Virus record (IMG/VR): IMGVR_UViG_3300032240_001991
Coordinates: 124,001-188,000 of that record
Direction: 5' to 3' (one strand)
Length of the DNA stretch: 64,000 nt
Below are positions 9,014 through 18,240 of the stretch, piece by piece (position 1 is the first letter of the stretch; the number at the start of each line of letters is the position of its first letter). The notes beneath the pieces were generated by a model. That model did not search any database, had not been told where the DNA came from, and saw only the letters and a list, made by a program, of their open reading frames with translations. Made by a program: the position numbers and the translations under genes.

Positions 9014-10235
9014 ACATACTTGCGACTTCTGCGGAAAAGAAAAACAAGACGTAGAAAAACTGATTGTTGGAGATACTTCAGCAATCTGCAATGATTGCGT
9101 TGACTTGTGTATTTCTATACTCAACGAAGACAAAATAAAGAAATTTCCCGTTGAAGATAACAAAGAAATCTTTAATCCTACTAAAATTAAAGAATATCTT
9201 GACCAATATGTTGTAGGGCAAGAGCAGGCTAAAATTGCATTGAGCGTTGCGGTTTGTCAGCATTTTAAAAGAACGTTTAAACCAAATAAACACATTGAGC
9301 TTGATAAAACCAATGTGCTTATTTTAGGACCTACTGGATGCGGTAAGACCATGCTAGCTCGTAAGTTAGCAGAATATCTAGAGGTTCCCTTTGCTATCTG
9401 TGATGCTACTGGACTAACAGAAGCCGGATACGTTGGTGATGACGTCGAAACAATCCTTGCTCGATTGATTTCAGTAGCTAACGGTGATATTGAAAAAGCA
9501 CAGCACGGAATCATCTATATTGACGAAATTGACAAACTAAGCAAGAAAGGTGAGAATGTTAGTACCACTCGAGATATTGGTGGAGAAGGTGTACAGCAAT
9601 CATTATTGAAGATGATTGAAGGTGCTGTTGTACGTGTTCCTGCTACTGATAAGCGGAAGCATCCTCGTGGAGAAATGCTTGAAATTGATACTAGTGGTAT
9701 ACTTTTTATCTGCGGCGGAGCATTTGTTGGTTTAGAAAAAATTATTGAGCGTCGTAATGATCCAAATACTTCTATTGGATTTAGTGCTACCATACAGTCT
9801 AAGACAGAAACTGCAATTAACTATCATAGTGTAACTACTAAGGATTTAATTAACTTTGGTTTGATTCCAGAGTTTGTTGGTCGTTTTGGACTTATAACCA
9901 GTGTTGAAGAATTGTCTACTAAAGACCTGGTTAAAATCCTTAAAGAGCCAAAAAATAGTCTGCTTGCCCAATACAAATATCTTTTTGAAATTGATGGAGT
10001 TGATTTAATTTTTGAAGATGAAGCATTGAGTAAAATTGCAGACGAAGCTAAGAAGCTTAAGACCAATGCAAGAGGATTAAAAAATATTTTAGAAAAGATT
10101 CTTTTACCATATCAGTTTGAATCTGTGGACCTTGTTAGTAGGGGCCTCGATAAAATTATGATAAGTAAAGAAGCTGTAGCAGGAAAGCCTGCAGAGCTTA
10201 TTTTTAGGAAAACCAAAACAGAAAAAAGCCTATGA
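9000..10235 (+). CDS. clpX: ATP-dependent Clp protease ATPase subunit ClpX
   Basis: CDFC..ICNDC zinc finger, [20 protein letters not shown] and IGF loops. Confidence 0.96.
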   Translation: MSADKHTCDFCGKEKQDVEKLIVGDTSAICNDCVDLCISILNEDKIKKFPVEDNKEIFNPTKIKEYLDQYVVGQEQAKIALSVAVCQHFKRTFKPNKHIELDKTNVLILGPTGCGKTMLARKLAEYLEVPFAICDATGLTEAGYVGDDVETILARLISVANGDIEKAQHGIIYIDEIDKLSKKGENVSTTRDIGGEGVQQSLLKMIEGAVVRVPATDKRKHPRGEMLEIDTSGILFICGGAFVGLEKIIERRNDPNTSIGFSATIQSKTETAINYHSVTTKDLINFGLIPEFVGRFGLITSVEELSTKDLVKILKEPKNSLLAQYKYLFEIDGVDLIFEDEALSKIADEAKKLKTNARGLKNILEKILLPYQFESVDLVSRGLDKIMISKEAVAGKPAELIFRKTKTEKSL

Positions 10236-10438
10236 AAGTAATAGTAAAAGACGGAAATATTAATTTAGCCTTAAAGAAATTTAAGAAGAAGGTAGAAGAA
10301 AGCGGTCGTTTGGTAGAAGTACTTGATCGGCAGTATTACGAAAAGCCAACTTCTGAACGTAAGCGAAGAGCCGCAGCTGCCAAAGCACGTTGGAAGAGAA
10401 AGCAAAAAGAGCTAATGTCACCAAGAGCAAGCTATTGA
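10232..10438 (+). CDS. rpsU: 30S ribosomal protein S21 (phage-encoded)
   Basis: [11 protein letters not shown]...[11 protein letters not shown]. Confidence 0.9.
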   Translation: MKVIVKDGNINLALKKFKKKVEESGRLVEVLDRQYYEKPTSERKRRAAAAKARWKRKQKELMSPRASY

Positions 10439-10441
10439 TTC

Positions 10442-10969
10442 ATGAACATTCAACGAGTCTGTGAATCAAAGATCGTTCGTTTTTTTCATGAACGCTGTTC
10501 TTATCAAGAAAAGGTAAAATTTTTTAGAGAAGACAGAGACTTGCTTCAGAAAAAAGCAGAATGGCAGGCAAGGGTTGATTTCTATGAAGACATTAAAGCC
10601 AAAGCAGTTTTTTTAAGAGAAAACCTTGCAAGGGCATCAAGAAGAGAAAACCCGCAACCTATAGAAATTGATGTAGATTATCTTCTTTTAATTGGTGTCA
10701 AGCAAAAATGGGTTTGCAATTATACTGGAGTTCCTTTAGAATTTATTCGAGGAACACAGATTTGGCAGGGTAAACATTGCAATCCGCATAGTTGCACCAT
10801 AGATAGGATTGATAGCAGCAAAGGTTATGTACCCGGAAACGTTCAATTATTAATTTGGAAAGTCAATTCACTCAAACAAGACTTTTCTCAGTTGGAATTA
10901 TTTGAAATTTCAAGTAAAATAGTAGAACGTTTTAAGACAACGGGTACCTATGAAACGCACGAATATTAA
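10442..10969 (+). CDS. HNH-type (His-Me finger) endonuclease-like protein
   Basis: CNYTG...TIDRIDSSKGYVPGNVQ...VNSLK. Confidence 0.7.
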   Translation: MNIQRVCESKIVRFFHERCSYQEKVKFFREDRDLLQKKAEWQARVDFYEDIKAKAVFLRENLARASRRENPQPIEIDVDYLLLIGVKQKWVCNYTGVPLEFIRGTQIWQGKHCNPHSCTIDRIDSSKGYVPGNVQLLIWKVNSLKQDFSQLELFEISSKIVERFKTTGTYETHEY

Positions 10970-11807
10970 AGATGGATTTGGCGGGGAAGTTCTTTTTACT
11001 AAATTTATCGCTAGTGATCTAGAGACATCTCGACGATTGTTGAATAGTCTTGATCTTAGTTATGAAGATGGTTACTCTGTAACGCCAGAAGAACATACTA
11101 CTCACTCTAAACGTGTTGATCTAATTATTCGAGATCAATCTGGAGAAACTGTTCTAGTAGTAGAAAGTCAAGATGCATCTGGTTGGCTTGATAGCGTACA
11201 TGCTAGTAAGATTACTTATTACATGTACGATAAACAATGCGATGACGGTGTATTGATATGTGAAGATGCCGACGAGCATATCAAAGGTTTTGTTAAGTGG
11301 CTTAACGAGAATACTCCGTTACGCATCACTCTAATCAGTGTAGTAATTTTTGAGCATGAAGGGCAGAAGCATTGTGAATTTATTCCGTTAATTCGCCCTA
11401 GCAATCTTGATGATAAAAAGATTGTTCGTAAAGCCGCATCTACTTCTGAAACTGATCAGAATAAAGCTGATCATCTACAGCAGATTTTTAGTGACAACAT
11501 TGGATTGTTTACTAATGTTACTAGCAGGTATGTTAGTAAAAATAACGTAGGCAATTCTGGTATGAACGTAGGTATCTCGCCGTATAATACTGAAGGGTAC
11601 TTTGTTGATATTTGGCATGCAGGTAAAGCTGATACTGAGTCCTTTAAGAAAGGATTTTCAGAGCTATGCAAGAAGCATGACTTTGAAGCTAAGTTTCAGA
11701 AATCTCGTGCTTATGTGAATGGTGAAAAAGTACTACGTACTGCGGATGCAATTAATGCATTTAATATTTTTGTAAAGGCTTTGGAAAATAAGGAATTGGT
11801 GGCTTAA
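10950..11807 (+). CDS. PD-(D/E)xK nuclease-fold protein (DUF4268-like)
   Basis: RVDLII...VVESQ...LDSVHASKITYY. Confidence 0.55.
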   Translation: MKRTNIKDGFGGEVLFTKFIASDLETSRRLLNSLDLSYEDGYSVTPEEHTTHSKRVDLIIRDQSGETVLVVESQDASGWLDSVHASKITYYMYDKQCDDGVLICEDADEHIKGFVKWLNENTPLRITLISVVIFEHEGQKHCEFIPLIRPSNLDDKKIVRKAASTSETDQNKADHLQQIFSDNIGLFTNVTSRYVSKNNVGNSGMNVGISPYNTEGYFVDIWHAGKADTESFKKGFSELCKKHDFEAKFQKSRAYVNGEKVLRTADAINAFNIFVKALENKELVA

Positions 11808-11808
11808 C

Positions 11809-12342
11809 ATGGCAAAACATTTAATGGTTGATATGGAAACAATGGCAGTATCTCCTGATGCTGTTATTTTATCGTTAGGTGCAGTACACTTTGATCCGTT
11901 TGGTAACGGCGTTGGTGATACCTTGTACTTCAAACTAAACCTAGATGACCAAGATGCCCTTAAACGATCAATTGATCCTAATACTCTAAACTGGTGGTCA
12001 AAACAAGATCCAGTTATTATGGAAGAAGCATTTAGTTCTGACAACCGCATTGCTGTTGCTGATGCAGTAGATCAGTTCCATAAGTTTGCTTGGGGGTGCA
12101 ATTGTTTTTGGTCTCATGGCGCTACGTTTGACTTGGTTATTATTGAAAATCTTTATAACCAACTTAATCGTACTCCTCCTTGGAACTTTTGGCAATTGCG
12201 TGACACTCGAACAATTTTTGATCTAGGTCACGATCCGGATATGCCTAAGAACAGTAAGCATGATGCTTTGCAGGATGCTATTAGGCAGGCAGTAGGAGTA
12301 CAGAATGTTTATGCTAAACTAGGAATCAAACCTAAGCGATGA
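11809..12342 (+). CDS. DEDDh 3'-5' exoribonuclease (Rv2179c/DUF5051-like)
   Basis: MVDMET, HGATFD, RDTRT, HDALQDA. Confidence 0.88.
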   Translation: MAKHLMVDMETMAVSPDAVILSLGAVHFDPFGNGVGDTLYFKLNLDDQDALKRSIDPNTLNWWSKQDPVIMEEAFSSDNRIAVADAVDQFHKFAWGCNCFWSHGATFDLVIIENLYNQLNRTPPWNFWQLRDTRTIFDLGHDPDMPKNSKHDALQDAIRQAVGVQNVYAKLGIKPKR

Positions 12343-13088
12343 AGATAGATAAACTGTATTTTGTAGGATTAATGGACCTAGGTGATCATTTTGTTCATGC
12401 TGGAATCATTAACTATTTTGCCGATCGTTGTAATCAGTTGCACGTTCCGGTTAAACATCATAACTACGAAACAGTTTGTATGCTATTTCAAGAACATCCT
12501 AATGTTGTAGTTGTAGCGTTACATCCGCATGAGGAAGACGAGTATATTGCACAGCATAAAATGTCACGCATTTGCAATGGGTGGAACATGATGTTTGCTA
12601 ATATAGGCGGACACTCTGCTGCTTTACTTTGGGATGAACAAGTTTATACATATTACGAAGTTCCGTTTAGTTTTAGGTATAACAATTTTCGTTTACCCAG
12701 AAATATTACAGGTTCACAAGAACTATATGATAGACTTTATAAAGGTCGTCCGTATGTTTTGATACATCGTCGTACTGGACATATGCCAAATGGTATACCT
12801 ATAGATATTGAAAATTTTCGTATATCAGCAGGTTTACCGCAAGAAGTAGACATTATTGAAATTGAACCAAGTATCACTAGTAACCTGTTACATTATGTAA
12901 AGTTAATTGAAAATGCCAGTGAAATACACTGTGTAAACAGTAGTTTCTTTTGTTTGGTTGACAGTATTTTTAATAGAACGTATGCTCAGTTATTCTTCCA
13001 CGATGTAAGGGCATCTTCATTAATCCGAGTAAATTCTGATTATAATCGACATCGTTGGCGCATCATTAATTACGGTACAAGAGTTTAA
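12339..13088 (+). CDS. glycosyltransferase-like hypothetical protein
   Basis: LGDH near the N-terminus, ENASEIHCVNSSF. Confidence 0.5.
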   Translation: MKIDKLYFVGLMDLGDHFVHAGIINYFADRCNQLHVPVKHHNYETVCMLFQEHPNVVVVALHPHEEDEYIAQHKMSRICNGWNMMFANIGGHSAALLWDEQVYTYYEVPFSFRYNNFRLPRNITGSQELYDRLYKGRPYVLIHRRTGHMPNGIPIDIENFRISAGLPQEVDIIEIEPSITSNLLHYVKLIENASEIHCVNSSFFCLVDSIFNRTYAQLFFHDVRASSLIRVNSDYNRHRWRIINYGTRV

Positions 13089-13095
13089 AAAATAG

Positions 13096-13124
13096 TTGAC
13101 AGCTTGATAAAACTATTATATACT
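13096..13124 (+). promoter_or_regulatory. sigma70-type promoter
   Basis: TTGACA-17-TATACT. Confidence 0.8.
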
Positions 13125-13144
13125 ATTTGCATAGTTTGAAATTA

Positions 13145-13246
13145 AGGATAGGTTCAGCAAACTTCAATAATACTGAAGGACGGAGTTTACTCTGTCAAGG
13201 TGAGTTTCGATTTCTCACCCAAATCAAAAAGTAGGAAACTATCCTG
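13145..13246 (+). ncRNA. structured RNA 1 upstream of the TROVE-like gene (multi-arm, T-loop-like)
   Basis: closing stem AGGATAG/CTATCCT, GTTCAGCAA motif, three internal hairpins including GGTGAG-TTTCGATTT-CTCACC. Confidence 0.6.
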
Positions 13247-13259
13247 TTTTTAATTTTTT

Positions 13260-13320
13260 AGGTTAAGTTCCGCAATTAAACAAGGTTTGTCTGCTAGGAC
13301 GTTAAACTAGTTTTAACCTG
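13260..13320 (+). ncRNA. structured RNA 2, shorter paralogue
   Basis: closing stem AGGTTAA/TTAACCT, GTTCCGCAA motif, ends CCTG like copy 1. Confidence 0.55.
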
Positions 13321-13334
13321 TAAGGAGATTCAAG

Positions 13335-14735
13335 ATGAATATGTTTGTAGAAGCAGTCAAAGAAGTACAAATTGAAACTCGTACCGCAAACGGTATGAAG
13401 ACTTTTGACTCCAGCAAGAACAGTCTTGTTGACTTGTTCTTCTCAATTGGCGCTAGCCGTGGTAAGGACCTCAGTGCTGAGTTCCATCGTGCGCTAGCTG
13501 AAGATGAAACGCTAGCACTTCGCTTGCTCATGTGGGCTCGCGATGTTCGTGGTGGGGCAGGTGAGCGCGATGTTGTTCGCACTATCTTGCTCAGTCTTGA
13601 GAAGAAGGATCCGGATGTGTTGGTGCGAGTACTTCCGCATCTTGCAGAGTTTGGTCGCTGGGACGATCTGTTGATTTTTGAAAAGAACGCTGAGATTCGT
13701 ACTCAGGCCTACTCACTTATCGATGCAGCACTTAAAGCTGGTAACGGCTTGTGTGCTAAGTGGATGCCTCGTAAGGGCGAACAGGCTGCTCGTTTGCGTG
13801 TAGGTCTAGGCATGAGTCCTAAGACCTATCGTAAGACTCTGGTTAATTTGACCAAGGTTGTTGAGCAGAATATGTGCGCTAAAAACTGGACTAACATTAA
13901 CTACAACCATGTTCCAAGCTTGGCTGCTAGCCGTTACCAGAAGGCGTTTAAGAAGCACGATCCTGAGGGCTATGAAGAATATGCTTCTAAGCTTGGAAAG
14001 GGCGAGGCTAAGATTAACGCTGGTGCAGTATATCCATATGATATCATCAAGGCACACAATGCCGGTGGTGATAGCAAGGTTGTTACTGCGCAATGGGAAG
14101 CATTGCCTAACTACGTTGGCGATGAGTTAATCTTGCCGATGGTAGACGTGTCGGGCTCTATGAGTTCTCCAGTTGGCGGCAACAAGAACTTGACTTGCAT
14201 GGATGTTTCGGTTAGCTTGGGCTTGTACCTTGCTGATAAGAATACTGGTCCGTTTAAGGACATGTTCTTAACTTTCTCAACTACTCCCGAGCTGCAAGTT
14301 CTTAAGGGTAACCTCATTAAGAAAATTGCACAGCTTCAGAAGGCAGAGTGGGGAATGAGCACTAATCTTAATGAGGCATTTAAGTTAATTCTTGATTATG
14401 CCGTTAAGGGCAAAGTTGCACCTGAGGACATGCCTAAGTATGTGCTGATCTTGTCGGACATGGAGTTTAACCAGTGCGCTGAATTCAACGACTCTGCTAT
14501 GCAGATGATTGAGCGTAAGTATGATAAGGCTGGTTACGAAATTCCAAAGATTGTGTTTTGGAATCTGAATGCGAGAGCAGGGAATGTTCCGGTTAAGCAC
14601 AATGACAAAGGCGTTGCTCTAGTCTCAGGCTTTAGCCCGGCGATTATGACTTCGATCTTGGCTGCAGAGGACTTTACTCCGTCAGCAGTAATGTTGAAGA
14701 CTTTAAATAGTCCACGTTACGCAGTAATTGCGTAA
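13335..14735 (+). CDS. TROVE/Ro60-related DUF2828 protein with C-terminal vWA domain
   Basis: RDVRGGAGER, GRWDD, AKWMPR, vWA MIDAS DVSGSM, ILSDMEF, VFWN, SGFSP. Confidence 0.85.
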   Translation: MNMFVEAVKEVQIETRTANGMKTFDSSKNSLVDLFFSIGASRGKDLSAEFHRALAEDETLALRLLMWARDVRGGAGERDVVRTILLSLEKKDPDVLVRVLPHLAEFGRWDDLLIFEKNAEIRTQAYSLIDAALKAGNGLCAKWMPRKGEQAARLRVGLGMSPKTYRKTLVNLTKVVEQNMCAKNWTNINYNHVPSLAASRYQKAFKKHDPEGYEEYASKLGKGEAKINAGAVYPYDIIKAHNAGGDSKVVTAQWEALPNYVGDELILPMVDVSGSMSSPVGGNKNLTCMDVSVSLGLYLADKNTGPFKDMFLTFSTTPELQVLKGNLIKKIAQLQKAEWGMSTNLNEAFKLILDYAVKGKVAPEDMPKYVLILSDMEFNQCAEFNDSAMQMIERKYDKAGYEIPKIVFWNLNARAGNVPVKHNDKGVALVSGFSPAIMTSILAAEDFTPSAVMLKTLNSPRYAVIA

Positions 14736-14738
14736 AAC

Positions 14739-14768
14739 AAGAAAGGCCCTTAATTGGGCCTTTCTTTT
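14739..14768. terminator. bidirectional terminator
   Basis: AAGAAAGGCCC-ttaatt-GGGCCTTTCTT between convergent genes. Confidence 0.8.
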
Positions 14769-15192
14769 ATTTAAACCAGCCTATTTTTTCTCCAGCTTCT
14801 TTACGCCTCTTCCACTCTTCTAAACTGCCTGGATAACGGATTGCCCAAATCATCCAGAATGCCATGAATAAACTTACACCCAAAACTAATTTCCAATTAT
14901 GAGTAGTGAGCCAAAGTATAACCAAACTAATGTCCATGCAAATAAACATTATCCATTTGGCTTTACTGGGATAAACTCGTTTATCTCCCCAATTACGCAA
15001 AAACGGCCCAAACAGTTTATGGTTCAATAACCAATCGTGCCATTTCTTTGAACTTTTAGCAAAGCAGTAAGCAGCAACGATAGTTGGAGTACTCCAAGGA
15101 ATCCCGGGTGTAACTATTCCAATATACGCAATACCTAAGCAAATGAAGCCAGCTGCCAGCCACAATGCCTTTTTAATTTTTTCCATATTCAC
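14767..15192 (-). CDS. YbaN/DUF454 family membrane protein
   Basis: GIVTPGIP.....AAYCFAKSS.KWHDWLLNHKLFGP. Confidence 0.85.
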   Translation of the reverse strand: MNMEKIKKALWLAAGFICLGIAYIGIVTPGIPWSTPTIVAAYCFAKSSKKWHDWLLNHKLFGPFLRNWGDKRVYPSKAKWIMFICMDISLVILWLTTHNWKLVLGVSLFMAFWMIWAIRYPGSLEEWKRRKEAGEKIGWFK

Positions 15193-15222
15193 TCCAAGAG
15201 TTATTAAAATGGTATTTATTGG

Positions 15223-15251
15223 TTGACTTTTACCAAGAGATATTTTATAAT
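15223..15251 (+). promoter_or_regulatory. sigma70-type promoter
   Basis: TTGACT-17-TATAAT. Confidence 0.75.
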
Positions 15252-15282
15252 TCTTTCACGTTCAATAACTTATGAGGTTTAT

Positions 15283-15549
15283 GTGAAAATCTTCTCATTT
15301 ATCAAATGGATTTGGAAACAGGTTAGCATTTACCAAAAGATTTGGTTGTTAGGACTAATGGTGTTTATCTATGGGCTAGTAACTCATCAGTCAACGCAAT
15401 TTCTTGCAATCATATGGTATTCTTTGATGGGATCGTTCTTTGCTTCTAGCATCTTCCACATCATTAAATATTCGTACCGTTCCTTTATTAGGGAACAGCA
15501 GGATTTAATGGAAACCCTTCGTAATTCAGATAGTAAAGGTAAGGTATGA
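15283..15549 (+). CDS. small membrane protein
   Basis: GAGG SD before GTG 15283; two TM segments. Confidence 0.65.
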   Translation: MKIFSFIKWIWKQVSIYQKIWLLGLMVFIYGLVTHQSTQFLAIIWYSLMGSFFASSIFHIIKYSYRSFIREQQDLMETLRNSDSKGKV

Positions 15550-15977
15550 AAAAGTTTATTTTGTTTTTGTTTTTGTTTCTGTCATTGTACTCAGTAAGCG
15601 CACTGGCCCAAGAATGGGAACTTATGGGTAAAACTGATGCAATGACTTGGGAATACTTGAAAGGCAGTCTTTTGCTTAAGAAAGACCAAACTGGAGAGGT
15701 ATTTTGGACTGTACAGTTTAGGATTCATCCTAATGTTGCTAATCCTACTATTGAGTTTAAGAGGTTAGCAGTTAGTTTACGAGATTGTCTTCGTGGCGAG
15801 GGCAAGCTACTTTTTATCAATACCGAAGACACTGTAGATGGTAAGGTAGAATTTCTAGTTGGTGGCGGTACTGCTGCTAGTAATATTGCAGAGTCAATCT
15901 GTATAGCTGGCAAGATTTATATGGATAAATTGGATAAGCTAGATAAACACGACGAGACACCTAAGTATAAACTATGA
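15546..15977 (+). CDS. secreted hypothetical protein
   Basis: signal peptide ending ALA; two Cys. Confidence 0.7.
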   Translation: MKKFILFLFLFLSLYSVSALAQEWELMGKTDAMTWEYLKGSLLLKKDQTGEVFWTVQFRIHPNVANPTIEFKRLAVSLRDCLRGEGKLLFINTEDTVDGKVEFLVGGGTAASNIAESICIAGKIYMDKLDKLDKHDETPKYKL

Positions 15978-16792
15978 AGATCGCATTAGTAAGTGATTTG
16001 CACCTTGAGATGGGTTATCTAGAATTACCTGGTAACGCAGATGTACTCATCTTGGGTGGTGATATTGCTGAAGCGAGAAATGTTTCAAAGCACCATCATA
16101 GCACTAAGCTAGCGTCTGACAAACCCAATGATGAATTTTATTGTTCAGAGTTCTTTCGTTGGGAGTGTGCTAAGTATGAAAAAGTTTTCTATGTGATGGG
16201 CAATCACGAGCATTATCGTGGCAAATTCCATGAGACTCGTGATACACTAGCCTATATTATGCCTGATAACGTTACTATTTTAGAAAACGAAGTAGTTGAG
16301 TATAATGGTGTAATGTTTATGGGTGCTACTCTTTGGACTGATCTTAATAAGGGAGATCCTCTGACCTCTTGGGAAGTCAGACAGAAAATGACCGATTATC
16401 ATGTAATTACACATCGTAACGAGGCAAAAGGAATCTATCATAAATTAAATCCAGAATATACTAAAGCGATACACCACGAAACGCTTAGGTATTTTCAAAA
16501 AACTCTAGATGAGAATAAGGACAAGCCCTTTGTAATTGTGACCCATCATGCTCCTAGTCGGCAAAGTATTCACGAATACTATAAGAATGACTATCAAATG
16601 AATGGCGGGTATGTTAGTGACTTAGATGACTTTATTCTTCAACATCCTAACATCAAAGTATGGACGCACGGTCATGTGCATAATACTTTTGATTACATGA
16701 TAGGTGATACTCGTGTGTTATGTAATCCTCGTGGTTACGTTCCTTACGAAGAAGGCAATGGGTTTAATCCTGACCTTACATTTGAGATCTAA
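15974..16792 (+). CDS. calcineurin-like metallophosphoesterase
   Basis: SDLH, GGD, GNHE, THHAP, HGHVH, NPRGY. Confidence 0.9.
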   Translation: MKIALVSDLHLEMGYLELPGNADVLILGGDIAEARNVSKHHHSTKLASDKPNDEFYCSEFFRWECAKYEKVFYVMGNHEHYRGKFHETRDTLAYIMPDNVTILENEVVEYNGVMFMGATLWTDLNKGDPLTSWEVRQKMTDYHVITHRNEAKGIYHKLNPEYTKAIHHETLRYFQKTLDENKDKPFVIVTHHAPSRQSIHEYYKNDYQMNGGYVSDLDDFILQHPNIKVWTHGHVHNTFDYMIGDTRVLCNPRGYVPYEEGNGFNPDLTFEI

Positions 16793-16999
16793 ATGACTGA
16801 AGTAAAGTTTGGTAGAGAATACTATCATTTACTAGCAGATATGGAACGCTGGTGTACACAGCACATAGGAAAGGGCATGTGGGGCGATTTAAATCGCATG
16901 CCCGAGTGTGTGTGGTCTATAAGTTCAGTCCTTGGGGGTTCTAAATTTTATTTTAGAGACCCCAAGAACGCAACTATGTTTACATTAAAATGGTCATAA
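16793..16999 (+). CDS. small phage protein, L-x-[WF]-S C-terminal family
   Basis: WC...FYFRDPKNATMFTLKWS. Confidence 0.7.
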   Translation: MTEVKFGREYYHLLADMERWCTQHIGKGMWGDLNRMPECVWSISSVLGGSKFYFRDPKNATMFTLKWS

Positions 17000-17003
17000 T
17001 AAT

Positions 17004-17032
17004 TTGACAATAATGGCATTCAAGTGTACACT
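17004..17032 (+). promoter_or_regulatory. sigma70-type promoter
   Basis: TTGACA-17-TACACT. Confidence 0.65.
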
Positions 17033-17060
17033 AGGCAGATAGCCAACAAAAGGAAAAACT

Positions 17061-17276
17061 ATGGCCAAACGATTACTAGCAGAGCAAGTTGAATATGTAT
17101 GTGCACAGGGTAATCTAACCCGCGCAAAAAAAGTTCATATGAGTTTAAAACGGTCTGGAACTGCTACCAAAGAACAAATTGAACTCAGTGAAGTTAATCT
17201 AACTAAGCTTAAAGAAAAATTAGAAATTGCCGGTGCTGCTCTTAAAAGTATAGGACTAAACAAATCTTCAATATAA
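17061..17276 (+). CDS. hypothetical protein
   Basis: AAGGA SD, 71 aa. Confidence 0.65.
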   Translation: MAKRLLAEQVEYVCAQGNLTRAKKVHMSLKRSGTATKEQIELSEVNLTKLKEKLEIAGAALKSIGLNKSSI

Positions 17277-17280
17277 TGCT

Positions 17281-17505
17281 ATGAACGTTGATATTGAAGA
17301 AGACTGCCTGCATATAGTAGTACTTGACGATTCTGTTAGGTCAATACAGGGGTTAATACCTTGGCTAACTAAAAGATTTGGTCCGCCAATTGACTATGGA
17401 CTTGCCAAGCAGGATATGTCCGCACGATGGTTTTTTAGATACAGAACTCTTTTCTTTAGAAATAAGAATGATTACTTAATCTTTTTAATGAAATTTTCCT
17501 CATGA
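17281..17505 (+). CDS. small phage protein, L-x-[WF]-S C-terminal family
   Basis: WL..RFG...FFRNKNDYLIFLMKFS. Confidence 0.7.
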   Translation: MNVDIEEDCLHIVVLDDSVRSIQGLIPWLTKRFGPPIDYGLAKQDMSARWFFRYRTLFFRNKNDYLIFLMKFSS

Positions 17506-17654
17506 AAAATAAAATTGTAGATATTAAGCCTTACCAAAAAAAGCGTCTATTAGAAAAGTTAGCAAAAGAAAAAACCATTATAGTTTTTCCCAAACTTCAT
17601 CTTGTGGTCAAAGACGGGAAGCCGCAATGGGTTCCAAAACCATTTGACAAATAG
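17502..17654 (+). CDS. small basic hypothetical protein (50 aa, not in the ORF track)
   Basis: ATGA overlap with the previous gene; MKNKIVDIKPYQKK...PKPFDK*. Confidence 0.5.
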   Translation: MKNKIVDIKPYQKKRLLEKLAKEKTIIVFPKLHLVVKDGKPQWVPKPFDK

Positions 17655-17677
17655 TTAAATCTAGCTATAATAAATAC
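17644..17677 (+). promoter_or_regulatory. sigma70-type promoter overlapping a TAAATA late box
   Basis: TTGACA-16-TATAAT running into TAAATA. Confidence 0.6.
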
Positions 17678-17739
17678 TTACGTAAACGACCTAATGGCGT
17701 TTACGGGTTTGATTCATCTTACTTTATAAGGAGAATTTT

Positions 17740-18183
17740 ATGAATCAGTTAGTTCGCATTGATACAAATACGTTGAAAGCCCTTAACCGGGCATTTGTTG
17801 GGTTTGATCATTTTTTCTCTAACTTTGAGGAAAGATTCGCTAATCAAATTAATAGTAACTACCCGCCTTACAATCTTTTGAAGCGTGATATGGATACTTA
17901 CGAGATCCAGATCGCAGTTACAGGGTTTGATCCAAGCGAAGTATCTGTTGAGGTAGATCAGAATAATCTGATCGTCAAGGGTGAAATCCAGCGTGATGAA
18001 GAAGTTGAGGTTGAATATCTTCATCGTGGACTCGCTGGCCGCAATTTCACTAAGGTGATTCCTTTGGCAGAGCACATTGAAGTTGGGGATGCAACGATTA
18101 AGAATGGTGTTTTGAGCATTACGCTTAATCGTGTGCTTCCAGAGGCGCTAAAGCCTCGCATTTTGAAGATTAAAGCTCTTTAA
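17740..18183 (+). CDS. small heat-shock protein Hsp20 (IbpA-like)
   Basis: VGFD, NYPPYN, IAVTGF, YLHRGLA.RNF, NGVLSI. Confidence 0.95.
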   Translation: MNQLVRIDTNTLKALNRAFVGFDHFFSNFEERFANQINSNYPPYNLLKRDMDTYEIQIAVTGFDPSEVSVEVDQNNLIVKGEIQRDEEVEVEYLHRGLAGRNFTKVIPLAEHIEVGDATIKNGVLSITLNRVLPEALKPRILKIKAL

Positions 18184-18188
18184 TCACC

Positions 18189-18221
18189 GGGGGTGGGCGG
18201 GTTCCCCGCTCACCCTTTTTT
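18189..18221 (+). terminator. Rho-independent terminator
   Basis: GGGTGGGCGGG/CCCGCTCACCC stem plus T-run. Confidence 0.85.
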
Positions 18222-18240
18222 ATAATACACGAGGTAACAA

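Noticed and set aside
15223-15282. TTG start for the 15223-15549 ORF
   Set aside because: The TTG is the -35 box of a promoter; GTG 15283 has an SD
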